The position numbers and the translations under genes were made by a program. Below the pieces are notes generated by a model. That model was not told where the DNA came from and did no database searches. It saw nothing but the letters and a program-made list of their open reading frames with translations. Positions 1 through 10,167 of a stretch of 64,000 bases of DNA are shown here, piece after piece. The stretch covers positions 1 through 64,000 of the IMG/VR virus record IMGVR_UViG_3300037502_000580. One strand, 5' to 3'. This DNA comes from a virus. Positions within the stretch are counted from its first letter, which is position 1. Every line of letters begins with the position of its first letter.

Positions 1-327
1 CCTCGGATCACTGCCGGGGAATGGCTGCTGACATTGAGATACCGGGGGTGCCAAATGCAGAGCTTGCTGCTTATATTAGAGACAACCTGGCTTACACACA
101 GCTTATTCTGGAATTCTATACTCCTGGCGTACCTGACAGTGGTTGGGTTCATGTTAGTTACGATGACAAAGATCTGAAAAAACAGGTCTTAACAGCGACA
201 AGAAAAGACGGTAAAACCGTATACCTGCCTGGATTGGTTGCCTAAATATGCCGTTCATACGCCTTCAGTTTAAGCCGGGAATAAACCGAGACACGACTAA
301 CTACGCTAACGAAGGTGGGTGGTATGA
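1..327 (+). repeat. Terminal redundancy / circular overlap with 63674..64000
   Basis: 1-127 is identical to 63674-63800; beyond that the two copies are clearly homologous but carry many substitutions. Confidence 0.95.
3..245 (+). CDS. C-terminal part of peptidase M15 endolysin (5'-truncated duplicate of 63451..63918)
   Basis: Translation identical to the C-terminus of 63451..63918 ([11 protein letters not shown]...WVHVSY). Confidence 0.9.
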   Translation, partial: SDHCRGMAADIEIPGVPNAELAAYIRDNLAYTQLILEFYTPGVPDSGWVHVSYDDKDLKKQVLTATRKDGKTVYLPGLVA

Positions 328-2377
328 GTGCGACAAAATTCGGTTTTACTCAGGCTACCCACAAAAGTTAGGTGGCTGGGTCAAATACGCCCCTGAGACT
401 TTTATCGGCGTATGTCGGCAATTGTGGAATTGGTTTACGTCTTACACCGACGATTTGATGGCTATCGGTACGGACAAGAAACTCTATATTGAGACAGGTG
501 CCCAGTATTTCGATATCACACCGATCCGTACTACGTTTACATCCCCCACTACCGATAACTGTGTTGAGACAGGGTTTACAGGCACCGGCAGCATCTCTGG
601 TACGACGCTAACAATCTCTAGTGTTACCTCTGGTGCGTTGGCTATAGGTAGTGTGATAACAACGGGCGCTTCTGCTGGTACGACGATTGTCGCTTTTCTC
701 ACCGGCACTGGCGGAATAGGTACATATCAAGTTAATAACACACAGACCGTTGGTTCTACGACAATTGCTGTTGCTGCTTCTACTACGGTCACGTTTGGCA
801 TTACTTCCCATGGTTGCGTAGTTGGTGACTTTGTAACCGTTTCTGGCGTTACAGGTAACGTAGGTGGTGTACCAAACGCAGCATTAAATAAAGAACTTGT
901 TGTCACTCAGGTAGTAGATGCTAACAACTTTACGGTTGTTGTAACTTCAGCCTCAACCTCCGTAGCCACAGGAGGTGGTACCGGTATAACTATTGTCTGC
1001 CAAATTAACGTAGGTTTCTCTACTCAAACGGCTGGTTATGGTTGGGGTACTGGCGGCTGGGGGTCTGATGCGTGGAGTCTTTCTTCCGTGCAGCCGGTTT
1101 ATTTACCACAGCGTGATTGGTTCTTTGATAATTTCGATAACGATCTCGTTGCCAATATCCGTGCTAATACGGTTGGTTCCGGCGCTGCGGTCGGTGGGCC
1201 TATATACTATTGGGAGCGCGGTACATCAGTAAACCCAGCTTCAGCATTAGCAACCCCAGCAGTGCTTCTTTCATCGCTATCTGGTTCTAGCAACGTGCCG
1301 GTGACTGTTGGGCAGATTCTCGTTTCTCAAAACGATAAACACCTTCTGGCTTTTGGATGCCAGCCATTCGGTGGTACTTCCTCCGACTATGATCCCCTAC
1401 TTATCCGTTGGGCCAGCCAAGACGAGCCACAATACTGGAATCCTGGTGGCACAACACCAAATGGTTTGCCAAGTTCGGCTGGTTTTTTACGTGTATCTCG
1501 TGGATCCCGGATTATCCGTGGCATACCTACTCGACAAGAAGTGGTAGTGCTTACTGACACCCACGTCTACTCTTTGCAATTCTTAGGTACTACGGAAGTC
1601 TTTGGCCTGCAGGAGTTGTCTGACAGCATCTCGATTATGTCGCCCCGTGCGCCGACTTCAGTAAACAACGTGGTGTTTTGGATGGGTACAGACAAGTTCT
1701 ACATGTACGACGGTCGGGTACAGGTTCTCCCTTGCACGCTTCGTGAATATGTTTTTAAAGACATCAACCTGGCTCAGTCTGAACAGGTTGTTTCTGGTAC
1801 GAATGAAAGCTATAACGAAGTCTGGTGGTTCTACTGTAGCTCTGGGTCTTCTGTTATAAATCGTTATGTTGTCTTTAATTATTTAGACCAGATTTGGTAC
1901 TACGGCACTCTTGAGCGTACGGCATGGCTGGATAAGGCCTCTGCTGGTAAACCCTTAGCTGCTTCATATAACCCATCAACTGGACTTTCTTATCTTTATG
2001 AACATGAGAATGGGTTAAATGATGATGACTCGCCCATGGTTTCGTACATCCAATCTTCAGACTTTGATTTGAATGACGGTGAGAAGTTTATGCTTACCCG
2101 CCGTATGATTCCTGACATTAACTTTGTATCTTCTACGGCTCAAAACCCTGAGGTTGACTTAACTGTACGCCCAAGAAACTGGCCTGGATCTAACTTCACC
2201 AACGACCCGTCTGATACGCAGCGGGTGATCCAGACTTCTGTCAGCCAATACACAAATCAGATTTTCGTTCGGGCACGTGCTAGACAGATGGCTATAAAAG
2301 TAGCTTCTGATGATCTTGGTGTGTTCTGGCAGTTGGGTGCCTTGCGTCTGGATGCAAGAGAGGATGGTAAGCAGTAA
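248..2377 (+). CDS. Tail nozzle / DNA-stabilization protein (P22 gp10 / T7 gp12-like)
   Basis: 709 aa, beta-propeller-like motifs ([32 protein letters not shown]); lies immediately upstream of the ejection-protein block. Confidence 0.7.
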   Translation: MPFIRLQFKPGINRDTTNYANEGGWYECDKIRFYSGYPQKLGGWVKYAPETFIGVCRQLWNWFTSYTDDLMAIGTDKKLYIETGAQYFDITPIRTTFTSPTTDNCVETGFTGTGSISGTTLTISSVTSGALAIGSVITTGASAGTTIVAFLTGTGGIGTYQVNNTQTVGSTTIAVAASTTVTFGITSHGCVVGDFVTVSGVTGNVGGVPNAALNKELVVTQVVDANNFTVVVTSASTSVATGGGTGITIVCQINVGFSTQTAGYGWGTGGWGSDAWSLSSVQPVYLPQRDWFFDNFDNDLVANIRANTVGSGAAVGGPIYYWERGTSVNPASALATPAVLLSSLSGSSNVPVTVGQILVSQNDKHLLAFGCQPFGGTSSDYDPLLIRWASQDEPQYWNPGGTTPNGLPSSAGFLRVSRGSRIIRGIPTRQEVVVLTDTHVYSLQFLGTTEVFGLQELSDSISIMSPRAPTSVNNVVFWMGTDKFYMYDGRVQVLPCTLREYVFKDINLAQSEQVVSGTNESYNEVWWFYCSSGSSVINRYVVFNYLDQIWYYGTLERTAWLDKASAGKPLAASYNPSTGLSYLYEHENGLNDDDSPMVSYIQSSDFDLNDGEKFMLTRRMIPDINFVSSTAQNPEVDLTVRPRNWPGSNFTNDPSDTQRVIQTSVSQYTNQIFVRARARQMAIKVASDDLGVFWQLGALRLDAREDGKQ

Positions 2378-3067
2378 ATGGGGATGGTCAAGTTCAAGTC
2401 CCCTGCGCTACCGCTCCCCCGTGAGTTGTACGACAGGCAGTACTTTGACCAGTTTATTCGTGTTCTTACGCTGTACTTCAATCAGCTAGACTCTACCACT
2501 CCGATTCAGGCTGACGAGTTTATAGGCGGTGTGTTCTACGGCGAGGGTCGTGGGATAAAGTTTCCTCATATAGCAGCGTCTGATTCCACCGATCAAGTAG
2601 CTACCGGGAATAACATTCCAATGATTGTCAAATGGAATACGTTAGATTCTGGTTACGAGTGGACTCTTAGCGCACCAGGCACTGCCACCGCTGATTTTGC
2701 GGGGGTCTATAAGATTACGTATAGCCTGCAGTTCATTAACACAGACAATTCCGTTCATTACGTTGATGTCTGGATGAAAGTAAACAACGTAGATGTGATT
2801 AATTCTACGACTCGGTTCTTTGTCCCAGCGCGTAAAAGTTCTAGCCCTGGCGAGGAAGGTTTTGTAACTGCTTATTCTGAGATCACTTTTACTGTAGCCG
2901 TCGGTGACGATATAGAGCTGTACTGGGCTACGAACTTGGCTGGCAACCCCACTACACCAACTGCCGGGGTGTATATGTTCCACGACAACGCCCAGACAAC
3001 TCCTTTTGCTAGACCTGCCATACCGTCTGCCATCGGGTCAATTACTTTTGTCTCGGCCCTTTCCTGA
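2378..3067 (+). CDS. Virion structural protein with C1q/BclA-like beta-sandwich C-terminus
   Basis: N-terminal LPLPRELYDRQYFDQFIRVL helix, then AGVYKITYSLQF beta-rich domain; abuts previous gene. Confidence 0.55.
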   Translation: MGMVKFKSPALPLPRELYDRQYFDQFIRVLTLYFNQLDSTTPIQADEFIGGVFYGEGRGIKFPHIAASDSTDQVATGNNIPMIVKWNTLDSGYEWTLSAPGTATADFAGVYKITYSLQFINTDNSVHYVDVWMKVNNVDVINSTTRFFVPARKSSSPGEEGFVTAYSEITFTVAVGDDIELYWATNLAGNPTTPTAGVYMFHDNAQTTPFARPAIPSAIGSITFVSALS

Positions 3068-3094
3068 ACCTTGATTAAACCTTAAAATACTGCT

Positions 3095-4450
3095 ATGGCT
3101 AACCAACTTACCCCCTCATACAATCCGGTAGCGCAAGAAGCTCGTGGCTTGGCTGCATTGGGCCGTGGTGGCGACACCATGCTTGTTCACATGTCGCCTG
3201 AAGAAGTTAGTGGCTTGCGTAATTTGGCGCTACAGAACGGTACCGATCTGACCATTAACCCAGATACGGGTTTACCCGAAGCCAAAAGGCTCAAAAAATT
3301 GTTTAGGGCGATAGCCCCTGTGCTTCCTTTCCTTATACCTGGGGTGGGAAGTGCCTTAGGTGCCCTAGGCGCTAAAGCTGGACTTAGTGCCCTCGCTGCT
3401 AAATCTCTTGCAGCCGGTGTTATCGGAGGTTTCGCTGCCCCCGGTAAAGGGTTCAATTTCAAACAGGGCCTAAAAACCGGCCTTATGGCGTATGGTCTGG
3501 GGTCTATACAACAAGGCATGCAGGCTAATCAAGCTGCACAAGCTAATCAGGCTACTCAAGCTGCACAAGCTGGTCAGGCAGGAGCTACTGCAACTGCTGG
3601 ACAAGTAACTCCCGCTGCAACCGCTGGTACGGCGAACATGCCCATAGATATGACTTACAACATAGATGCGGCGGCTTCACCTATAGAAGCGTTGGCACCT
3701 CCCCCCGCCGCTGCGGCTTCTCCGGTTGCTTCTGCAGCCGACATACAAGCAGGGATTGGCGGCACAGGTACAGGCCCAGCTTTCTCCGGCACTCCCTTGA
3801 CTTCTACCCCTGGCCCCGGTGTATTCCCAGAAAGCACTTACGCTGCTAGTGCTGCTCCTGCCGCTGCTACTGGTGCTGCTACTGGTGCCGCTGCCCCTGC
3901 CGCCGTGCCAAGTACATTTGAACAGTACACCGGTATGAAACCCACGACCGCTATTCTGGGCGCTACTCTACTTTCTGGTGCAATGCAGGGCGATGAGGAA
4001 GAGGAAGCTTACAAACGGGAGATGGCTCGGTTAAACGCCGAAGAAGAAAGAAAACGCGCTCTTGGCGAAGCTGCTTTTGCTCGGTCTCTTGGGCGGGTGC
4101 AACAGCCCGTTTTTGCTGCTGGTGGTGGCATCGTTGCTTTGGCTGGTGGCGGTATGCCCACGTTTGAGTACGGTGGTACGACAGCCCCGACCGGTGAACC
4201 CCGTATGGTAAGAGGTGCTGGTGATGGGATGAGTGATAATGTCCCCGCCACTATCGAGGGCGTACAAGAAGCCCGACTTGCTAATGATGAATTCGTAGTT
4301 CCGGCTGACGTTGTAGCGGATATTGGCAATGGTTCAAGCAATGCTGGTGCTGAAAAGTTATACGCTATGATGGATCGTATCCGTAAGGCCAGACACGGAA
4401 CTACTAAACAACCCCCAGAGATTAACGCTGAGCGTTACATGCCAGTTTAA
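3095..4450 (+). CDS. Putative internal virion / ejection protein
   Basis: Ala/Gly/Gln-rich; motifs GRGGDTMLVHMSPEE..INPDTGLPEA and GAGDGMSDNVPA..LANDEFVVPADVV; position after nozzle. Confidence 0.6.
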   Translation: MANQLTPSYNPVAQEARGLAALGRGGDTMLVHMSPEEVSGLRNLALQNGTDLTINPDTGLPEAKRLKKLFRAIAPVLPFLIPGVGSALGALGAKAGLSALAAKSLAAGVIGGFAAPGKGFNFKQGLKTGLMAYGLGSIQQGMQANQAAQANQATQAAQAGQAGATATAGQVTPAATAGTANMPIDMTYNIDAAASPIEALAPPPAAAASPVASAADIQAGIGGTGTGPAFSGTPLTSTPGPGVFPESTYAASAAPAAATGAATGAAAPAAVPSTFEQYTGMKPTTAILGATLLSGAMQGDEEEEAYKREMARLNAEEERKRALGEAAFARSLGRVQQPVFAAGGGIVALAGGGMPTFEYGGTTAPTGEPRMVRGAGDGMSDNVPATIEGVQEARLANDEFVVPADVVADIGNGSSNAGAEKLYAMMDRIRKARHGTTKQPPEINAERYMPV

Positions 4451-4460
4451 AGGATAGATC

Positions 4461-5777
4461 ATGGCCCAAACGATTACCACAACCGGCGACATCCCAAAGG
4501 TACTAGAACCTTTCTATCTAGGTCAGCCTGGACAGGCTGGTCTTTTAGAGCGCGGAATTGCTGAGATCTTCCCAGCTGGTCGGACTGGTCAAGAAGCATT
4601 TACCAATCGCTACAGCAATCTAATTAATGAAGGATTAGTCGGCAGAGGTGCGATTGCTGGGGAATCTGACTATCAGCAGCAGGTGGGGCGCAGGTTAGCG
4701 GGGCTTGAGGTTCCTGATACTTTTGCTTCCGCACGACAATACGGACAAGACGCAGCCTCAGGGCTTACTAGTCTTCAGGGACTTCGTGCTTCTCAAGTCT
4801 CTGCGCCAGAACTAACTCAGTATCAGATGGGGCCAGCCGATCAAGTTGCGGGTGGAACCTTTACCTCGCCTACCATGCAAGCCGCCCAAGTAGAAGGGCC
4901 GCAGATGTTTGGTATGGATCAGTTGCAGCAGTACATGTCTCCATACATGCAGGGTGTTGTTGATGTTCAACAGCGCAAGGCACTTGACGCGGCTCGTATG
5001 GCTCAACTCGGCGCTAATCTTGGTTCCGCACGGATGGGTACGTATGGCGGTGCTAGACAAGCAGTTATTCAGGGCGCTCGTGAAGCTGGCCTCCGTCAAG
5101 AAATGGGTGACATTCAAGCACGTGGTCTGCAAGATGCTTTCTCACAAGCTCAACAGCAATTTGAGCGTGATCGTTCTTCTACCATGCAGGCCAGACTCGC
5201 TAATCTAAATGCACAGCAACAAGCCAACGTGCAGAATCTAGCGGCTCAGTTACAGACTCAAGGACTAACCGCAGAACAGGCGATGCGTGCTGCACTTGCT
5301 AACCAACAGGCCAATCTAACTGTAGGTCAGCAGAACCTCGCCGCTTCTCTTGGGGTGCAGCAACTCGGTGCTGGTCAGAGTCTTGAGGCACAACGGGCCA
5401 ATCAGGCTGCAGATCTTCAGGCCGCACAACAACGCGCACAGGCCGCACAAGGTTTGGGCACTCTTGCTCAAGGTATGGGTACTCTTGGTACGCAACAACT
5501 TGCTGGTGAGCTTGACATACTGAAAAGTATGGGTGCGTATGGTGACTTCCAGCGTAACCTTGAACAACAGCAGAAAGACGCTCAGCGTCAGTTTCTTACT
5601 CAGCAGGCTGAGTACGGCACTACACAAGTGGGTCAGCTATCTAATTTGTTACGTGGTATTCCGATGACCGATACAACGCAACGCACATTTGAGCCGCCAC
5701 AGTCTAATTTCCAAAGTCTGATGCAGTTGGGTCTGGGCGGTATTGGTCTTTACAACGCAATGAATCCACAGCGTTAA
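4461..5777 (+). CDS. Putative DNA pilot / ejection protein
   Basis: Gln/Ala-rich helical protein, YMSPYMQGVVD and GTYGGARQAV motifs, hydrophobic Gly-rich C-terminus. Confidence 0.6.
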   Translation: MAQTITTTGDIPKVLEPFYLGQPGQAGLLERGIAEIFPAGRTGQEAFTNRYSNLINEGLVGRGAIAGESDYQQQVGRRLAGLEVPDTFASARQYGQDAASGLTSLQGLRASQVSAPELTQYQMGPADQVAGGTFTSPTMQAAQVEGPQMFGMDQLQQYMSPYMQGVVDVQQRKALDAARMAQLGANLGSARMGTYGGARQAVIQGAREAGLRQEMGDIQARGLQDAFSQAQQQFERDRSSTMQARLANLNAQQQANVQNLAAQLQTQGLTAEQAMRAALANQQANLTVGQQNLAASLGVQQLGAGQSLEAQRANQAADLQAAQQRAQAAQGLGTLAQGMGTLGTQQLAGELDILKSMGAYGDFQRNLEQQQKDAQRQFLTQQAEYGTTQVGQLSNLLRGIPMTDTTQRTFEPPQSNFQSLMQLGLGGIGLYNAMNPQR

Positions 5778-5788
5778 AGGGATAGACG

Positions 5789-7117
5789 ATGATGCAACAA
5801 GCTCCCATGGCCCCTAAGGCCGTTCAGTCTCCACCCCCCGGTGCAGAAAAGGGTGGTAACGACGAGTACTTCAAGATGGTCGCCCGTATACCGGACATGA
5901 CCGATGAAGAACTGAACACATACATTGGCACCGGCTACGGTGGTCTAGCACTTGCTGAAGTCTCAAGGCGTAATCGCTCCCGTATGGTGGAGCAGGCCAA
6001 AGAAGCTGGGGCAGCGGGGGGTCAGGGGACTATTGCAGAAGGTCAGGTGGCCCAGTTAATGCAGAACCGCATGCGTGAGAAGTTAGCCGCAGATGATCGG
6101 TTTGGCCTTAACAACATCGTCGCCCAGGCAGAACAAGGTAGTCTTGCGTTCGGTCAACCCACAACCTTAGCAGGTGGTGGCATGGTTGCGTTTCAAGAAG
6201 GCGGCAGAAGTTGGTTAGATGAGTTGTTTATGATGGCGGCTCCGACCCCTTCGGCTATGGTTACTCGTCCACCCCTGCAGTCTCAAGCCACAGAAGGCCC
6301 GATTGTCGGAAGGCAAACACCGAAAGCTACCCAAGCAGATGTGCGTAAGGTAGATAACGCAATCGATAAAAAAGCCGCTGAAGCCAAGCCCACCAAAGAA
6401 GAGAAGAAGGAAGCCAAGGACATGGTGGCGGGGCTTAAGAGCCTCACTGCTGAAGACATCCTAAAAGGTGAAGACGCTCTTCTGGCCTCTCGGGGCCTTG
6501 GGTCTTTTGGCGCTGGCGTTAAGGGCAATATCGAGAAGCGTGCCAAGCGTGGTGAAGAGACCTATGGTCGTGCTATGGCTTCTGAGCCTTTCCTTGCTGC
6601 GGCGCAAGCCGTGGGTGGCGGTGGAGCCAAACCTCGTCGCATGGGTAAATTAGAAACTCTCGCCGCTGCTGTAAGTGCTGGTGCTACGTCTGCTGCTGGC
6701 ATCAACCGTGAACGCGCTAAGTATCAAGATAGCCTTGATGACCTGAGAGACAAGGTTGCTCTACAGCAAGAACTTTATGACCGTGGTCGTGTGTCTGATG
6801 CCATGAAGCTTGAGCGTTCGATTAAGCAAGAACAGGCCAAGCTGGCTCTTGAAAGAGAAAAACTCGCGTCTTTGGCTCAGTATCGTCGTGACATGATTCA
6901 GGCGCAGCGCGGCAAAAATGCTGGCGGGGTTAAGCCGTCGGATGTGGTTAGTGCTATGAAAGAAATTAGAGAACTTGAAGGTGCGCTCTATAGCGGAGCG
7001 AATATACCGCCAGAGCAGAAACAAGCAATGATGCAGCGTATCAGAATGTTACAGGGTATCGCTGGTGCTGGGGTCTCACGCGGTATGGGCATATCAATAG
7101 AAGATGTGGCTGACTAA
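5789..7117 (+). CDS. Putative internal virion protein
   Basis: 442 aa helical, LAGGGMVAFQEGG motif, within ejection cluster. Confidence 0.5.
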   Translation: MMQQAPMAPKAVQSPPPGAEKGGNDEYFKMVARIPDMTDEELNTYIGTGYGGLALAEVSRRNRSRMVEQAKEAGAAGGQGTIAEGQVAQLMQNRMREKLAADDRFGLNNIVAQAEQGSLAFGQPTTLAGGGMVAFQEGGRSWLDELFMMAAPTPSAMVTRPPLQSQATEGPIVGRQTPKATQADVRKVDNAIDKKAAEAKPTKEEKKEAKDMVAGLKSLTAEDILKGEDALLASRGLGSFGAGVKGNIEKRAKRGEETYGRAMASEPFLAAAQAVGGGGAKPRRMGKLETLAAAVSAGATSAAGINRERAKYQDSLDDLRDKVALQQELYDRGRVSDAMKLERSIKQEQAKLALEREKLASLAQYRRDMIQAQRGKNAGGVKPSDVVSAMKEIRELEGALYSGANIPPEQKQAMMQRIRMLQGIAGAGVSRGMGISIEDVAD

Positions 7118-10100
7118 TGCCGCGTATTGTTCGTGTCCCTGGACTGAAGGAGCCGTTGACGTTCCCTACCGGGACGCCAGACTATGAGATTTACGCTGCT
7201 GTAACCGATGCTCTTTTCCCTGTAGAAGAACTGCCCCCGGCACCAAAACCCGAGGCTGGTTTTTTAGGTGCATTTGGTGAGGGCATAACTTCTCTTTTCA
7301 AAGCTCCTGAGGCAGTTTCTTACCTGGCATCCCCCACCGGCGAGGCTCGTGGTGAGTTAGCGAAAGAGGCTGAAAGTCCGTACCGATATCAAAGATTTGA
7401 TGAGGTCGAGTCTCTTGGTCAGGCCGCACAGCTTGGTAAAGAGGTAGTCGGTCAGTCTCTAGGTTTCATGGCGGTACCCACCGCTGCCGCTGCTACAGCC
7501 ACTGCTGTTTCTGGGCCGTTCGCTCCGATTGCGGCTCCTGCCGCATTTTTAGGCGCTGCTGGCCTTCAGTACTTAACAGAAACCACGGCACGTCAGGCAC
7601 AAGAACAAGAAGTTAAGGCGGCAAAGGGTGAGGCTACCGAAGCCCCCGATGTAACAAAAGTCGTCGCCTCTTCTGCTGCACAAGCAGGTGTTGACCTCAT
7701 ACCGTTTGTTACCATCTTCAAACCTGTTGGTCGGCTATTCGGTCTTGCCGGTCGTGAGTCTGCAGAGAAGGTAGCCAAGGAAACAGTAGAGACGTTTGAG
7801 AAAGAAGGCTTTGAGGCTGCTGCCAAGAAGTTATCAGGCCTTAATCCCAAACAATCTTTGGCTCTTGGCTTTGGTGCCGGTGCTGCGGTTGAAGGTGTGC
7901 AAGAGCCACTACAGACTTTGCTTGAGCGTTGGGGCGCTGGTCTTGACTTATCAAGCGATGATGCGCTGAAAGAATACATGGAGGCCGCGATTCTTGGGCC
8001 TATCCTTGGTGGGCCGTTCGGTGCAATCTCTACGGGTATCGGCAATGTCCAGCGGGGCATGTCAAATAAAGAGTTCTTGGATCGTCTGCAGGCAGAATCG
8101 CAGGGCAAACCCATTTCCCAAGAACAATTATCCAAAGATTGGGATCGCCAGAAGGCTGAGATTCTTAAGTCTGTAGAGCCGGTATCTCTTGTTAATGAAG
8201 AAGGCAAGCCGCAAAAAATAACGCCAGAACTTCTCACCTCTATCGGTATTAGCCCAAGCGCCAAGGCCTTGAGTGTCGGCAACACGACCGTGCCGATGGA
8301 GACGCTGCTACAAAAAGATACGTCAGACAAGACAGTTCAGGCTTTGTTCGCTGGTCTATTTCAGCGGCGTATGGGTCAGCTTAGCCAAGAATTTAAGCAA
8401 CGCGGCAACCTGATGAGTCAGGAAGAGCGTGAGTCTAAGTTGGCTGAGTACACGCAAGCCGCCCAGTCTTTTAAGAGCGTTCTCACCGTAGCCAGCCCCC
8501 AGAGTGCTATTAACTCTCCTACTAATCTTATTGTTCAGCCATCTCCTGCTGATCCTACTAAGTTCGTGCTGTTCAACCCAATTACCAATCAGCTTGCCAA
8601 AGGTAAAGATGGGAAAGAGCGGCAGTACTCCACGCTACAGACAGCGGAGCGTGCGTTAAACAAGTTAATTGGTGTAGAAGTATCAGCCATAAACAAAACA
8701 GTAAAGGCAGGGGCTGAGCCTGAAAAGGTTGAGGCAGAGAAGAAGGCCGAGGCAAAAGCCCAGCGTGCGAAAGAGATCGCTGCTGCCCCAGACCCATTTG
8801 CTGGAAGAACGGCTACAGTCACAGCGGTTCCGACCCCAACCCCGGCGGCTACACCCGAAACTGCTGCAGCCACTCCACCTAAACCAAGAGATGTCTCTAC
8901 CATGGAAGGGCCTGAGGGAGTAATACCAGACGACCCGTTCCCCCCTGCAGATCTGGAAGATATCTCTTTTAGGCCTACGGCTGAAGCTACACCTACGCCC
9001 ACGACTACGGCTGCGCCTGTAATCGACGCAACACAGAGGTTAGAAGCAAAAGAAGATGCTGAGTTAGAAGCCGGGATACTTGAAGATGAGCAGATTGCCG
9101 CTCAAGCAGCGATTACGCCTGAAGTAAACCAACAACTGCAGGAAGCTCTTACGCTTGCACGGCAGGCTATTGAGGAAGGTGAAGGCCGCACATTTTTCCC
9201 AGAGGATGTAAAAGAGGCGACTGAGTTTGTAAACGGTATAAATTCCGTTTATGCAGGGCTAGAGAGCGGCACCCTTCCTTACGCACGGCAGAGCGTAGAG
9301 AATCTTGTTAAGAGTGCTAATAATCTAAAGCAGAATTTTCAGCAAAGAATCGCTGACCGCGACAAGTTTGAGGCAGAGCAGAAGGCTAGGGGGCCGGGTG
9401 AAGGCTTTAAGCTGGAAGAGAAACCTGACCTTAAGCTGGTGAAGACTGAAAAGACTGTTGAAACTCCCGGTACCGATCCGATAGGTTTTGCTCGCCATCA
9501 GGCGCTCATGTCATTTGATAATCGTAATTCTTCAGACTACAGCAGCCCGGAAGAGGCTATTGATTTTGGTCTGGATAATCTAAACGACACGCTGACTGAA
9601 TACAACGTCACAGACCGATCCATACGTGAACAGGCGGTCGAGACTTATCGAAACGAAATAGCTCGTCTGAAAAAAGAAGCTGCACCAACAGAAACCAAAA
9701 CGACAGAAAAGAAACCCCGTAAGCCCAGAACCAAAAAGATTCAGACGCCTTCTGAAGTTATCCACACGCCACCACCGGCAAAAGTATCGACGTCACGTGC
9801 TGACATGGTTGCAGATCAGATTGCTGCACTTGATGGTAGCGAAGGAGAGACTGGAGAATTCTCTGATATAGCCGAAGGCGTTAGGATGATGAAAGACGAC
9901 GCCAAGATTGATGCGATGTTTGATCTGGCTACACGCCTTAAGAACGCATACGATACGGCACAAGGTCTAAGACCGGGGGTTAGTGAGGCTGATCGGAACG
10001 CTGCCGTAAATCAGATCAATAAAATCTATGATGAGATTGATGCAGTGCAAAGGGTTGGAGAGATACCAGTGACCTCCGAAGGTGTGAAGGCTGCTATGGA

Positions 10101-10167
10101 AAATAATGGCAACGCCAAGGAAGCCCAGAAAATTGCAAGCGAATCCCGTAAGGACATTTGCGAATGA
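7117..10167 (+). CDS. Large internal virion / DNA-transfer protein
   Basis: 1016 aa; N-terminal FPTGTPD, Ala/Gly hydrophobic segments, EGVQEPLQ motif; TAATG-coupled to previous gene. Confidence 0.55.
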   Translation: MPRIVRVPGLKEPLTFPTGTPDYEIYAAVTDALFPVEELPPAPKPEAGFLGAFGEGITSLFKAPEAVSYLASPTGEARGELAKEAESPYRYQRFDEVESLGQAAQLGKEVVGQSLGFMAVPTAAAATATAVSGPFAPIAAPAAFLGAAGLQYLTETTARQAQEQEVKAAKGEATEAPDVTKVVASSAAQAGVDLIPFVTIFKPVGRLFGLAGRESAEKVAKETVETFEKEGFEAAAKKLSGLNPKQSLALGFGAGAAVEGVQEPLQTLLERWGAGLDLSSDDALKEYMEAAILGPILGGPFGAISTGIGNVQRGMSNKEFLDRLQAESQGKPISQEQLSKDWDRQKAEILKSVEPVSLVNEEGKPQKITPELLTSIGISPSAKALSVGNTTVPMETLLQKDTSDKTVQALFAGLFQRRMGQLSQEFKQRGNLMSQEERESKLAEYTQAAQSFKSVLTVASPQSAINSPTNLIVQPSPADPTKFVLFNPITNQLAKGKDGKERQYSTLQTAERALNKLIGVEVSAINKTVKAGAEPEKVEAEKKAEAKAQRAKEIAAAPDPFAGRTATVTAVPTPTPAATPETAAATPPKPRDVSTMEGPEGVIPDDPFPPADLEDISFRPTAEATPTPTTTAAPVIDATQRLEAKEDAELEAGILEDEQIAAQAAITPEVNQQLQEALTLARQAIEEGEGRTFFPEDVKEATEFVNGINSVYAGLESGTLPYARQSVENLVKSANNLKQNFQQRIADRDKFEAEQKARGPGEGFKLEEKPDLKLVKTEKTVETPGTDPIGFARHQALMSFDNRNSSDYSSPEEAIDFGLDNLNDTLTEYNVTDRSIREQAVETYRNEIARLKKEAAPTETKTTEKKPRKPRTKKIQTPSEVIHTPPPAKVSTSRADMVADQIAALDGSEGETGEFSDIAEGVRMMKDDAKIDAMFDLATRLKNAYDTAQGLRPGVSEADRNAAVNQINKIYDEIDAVQRVGEIPVTSEGVKAAMENNGNAKEAQKIASESRKDICE

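Noticed and set aside
10158-10167. Programmed frameshift joining the two ~1000-aa ORFs
   Set aside because: Ordinary ATGA stop/start overlap; no slippery sequence
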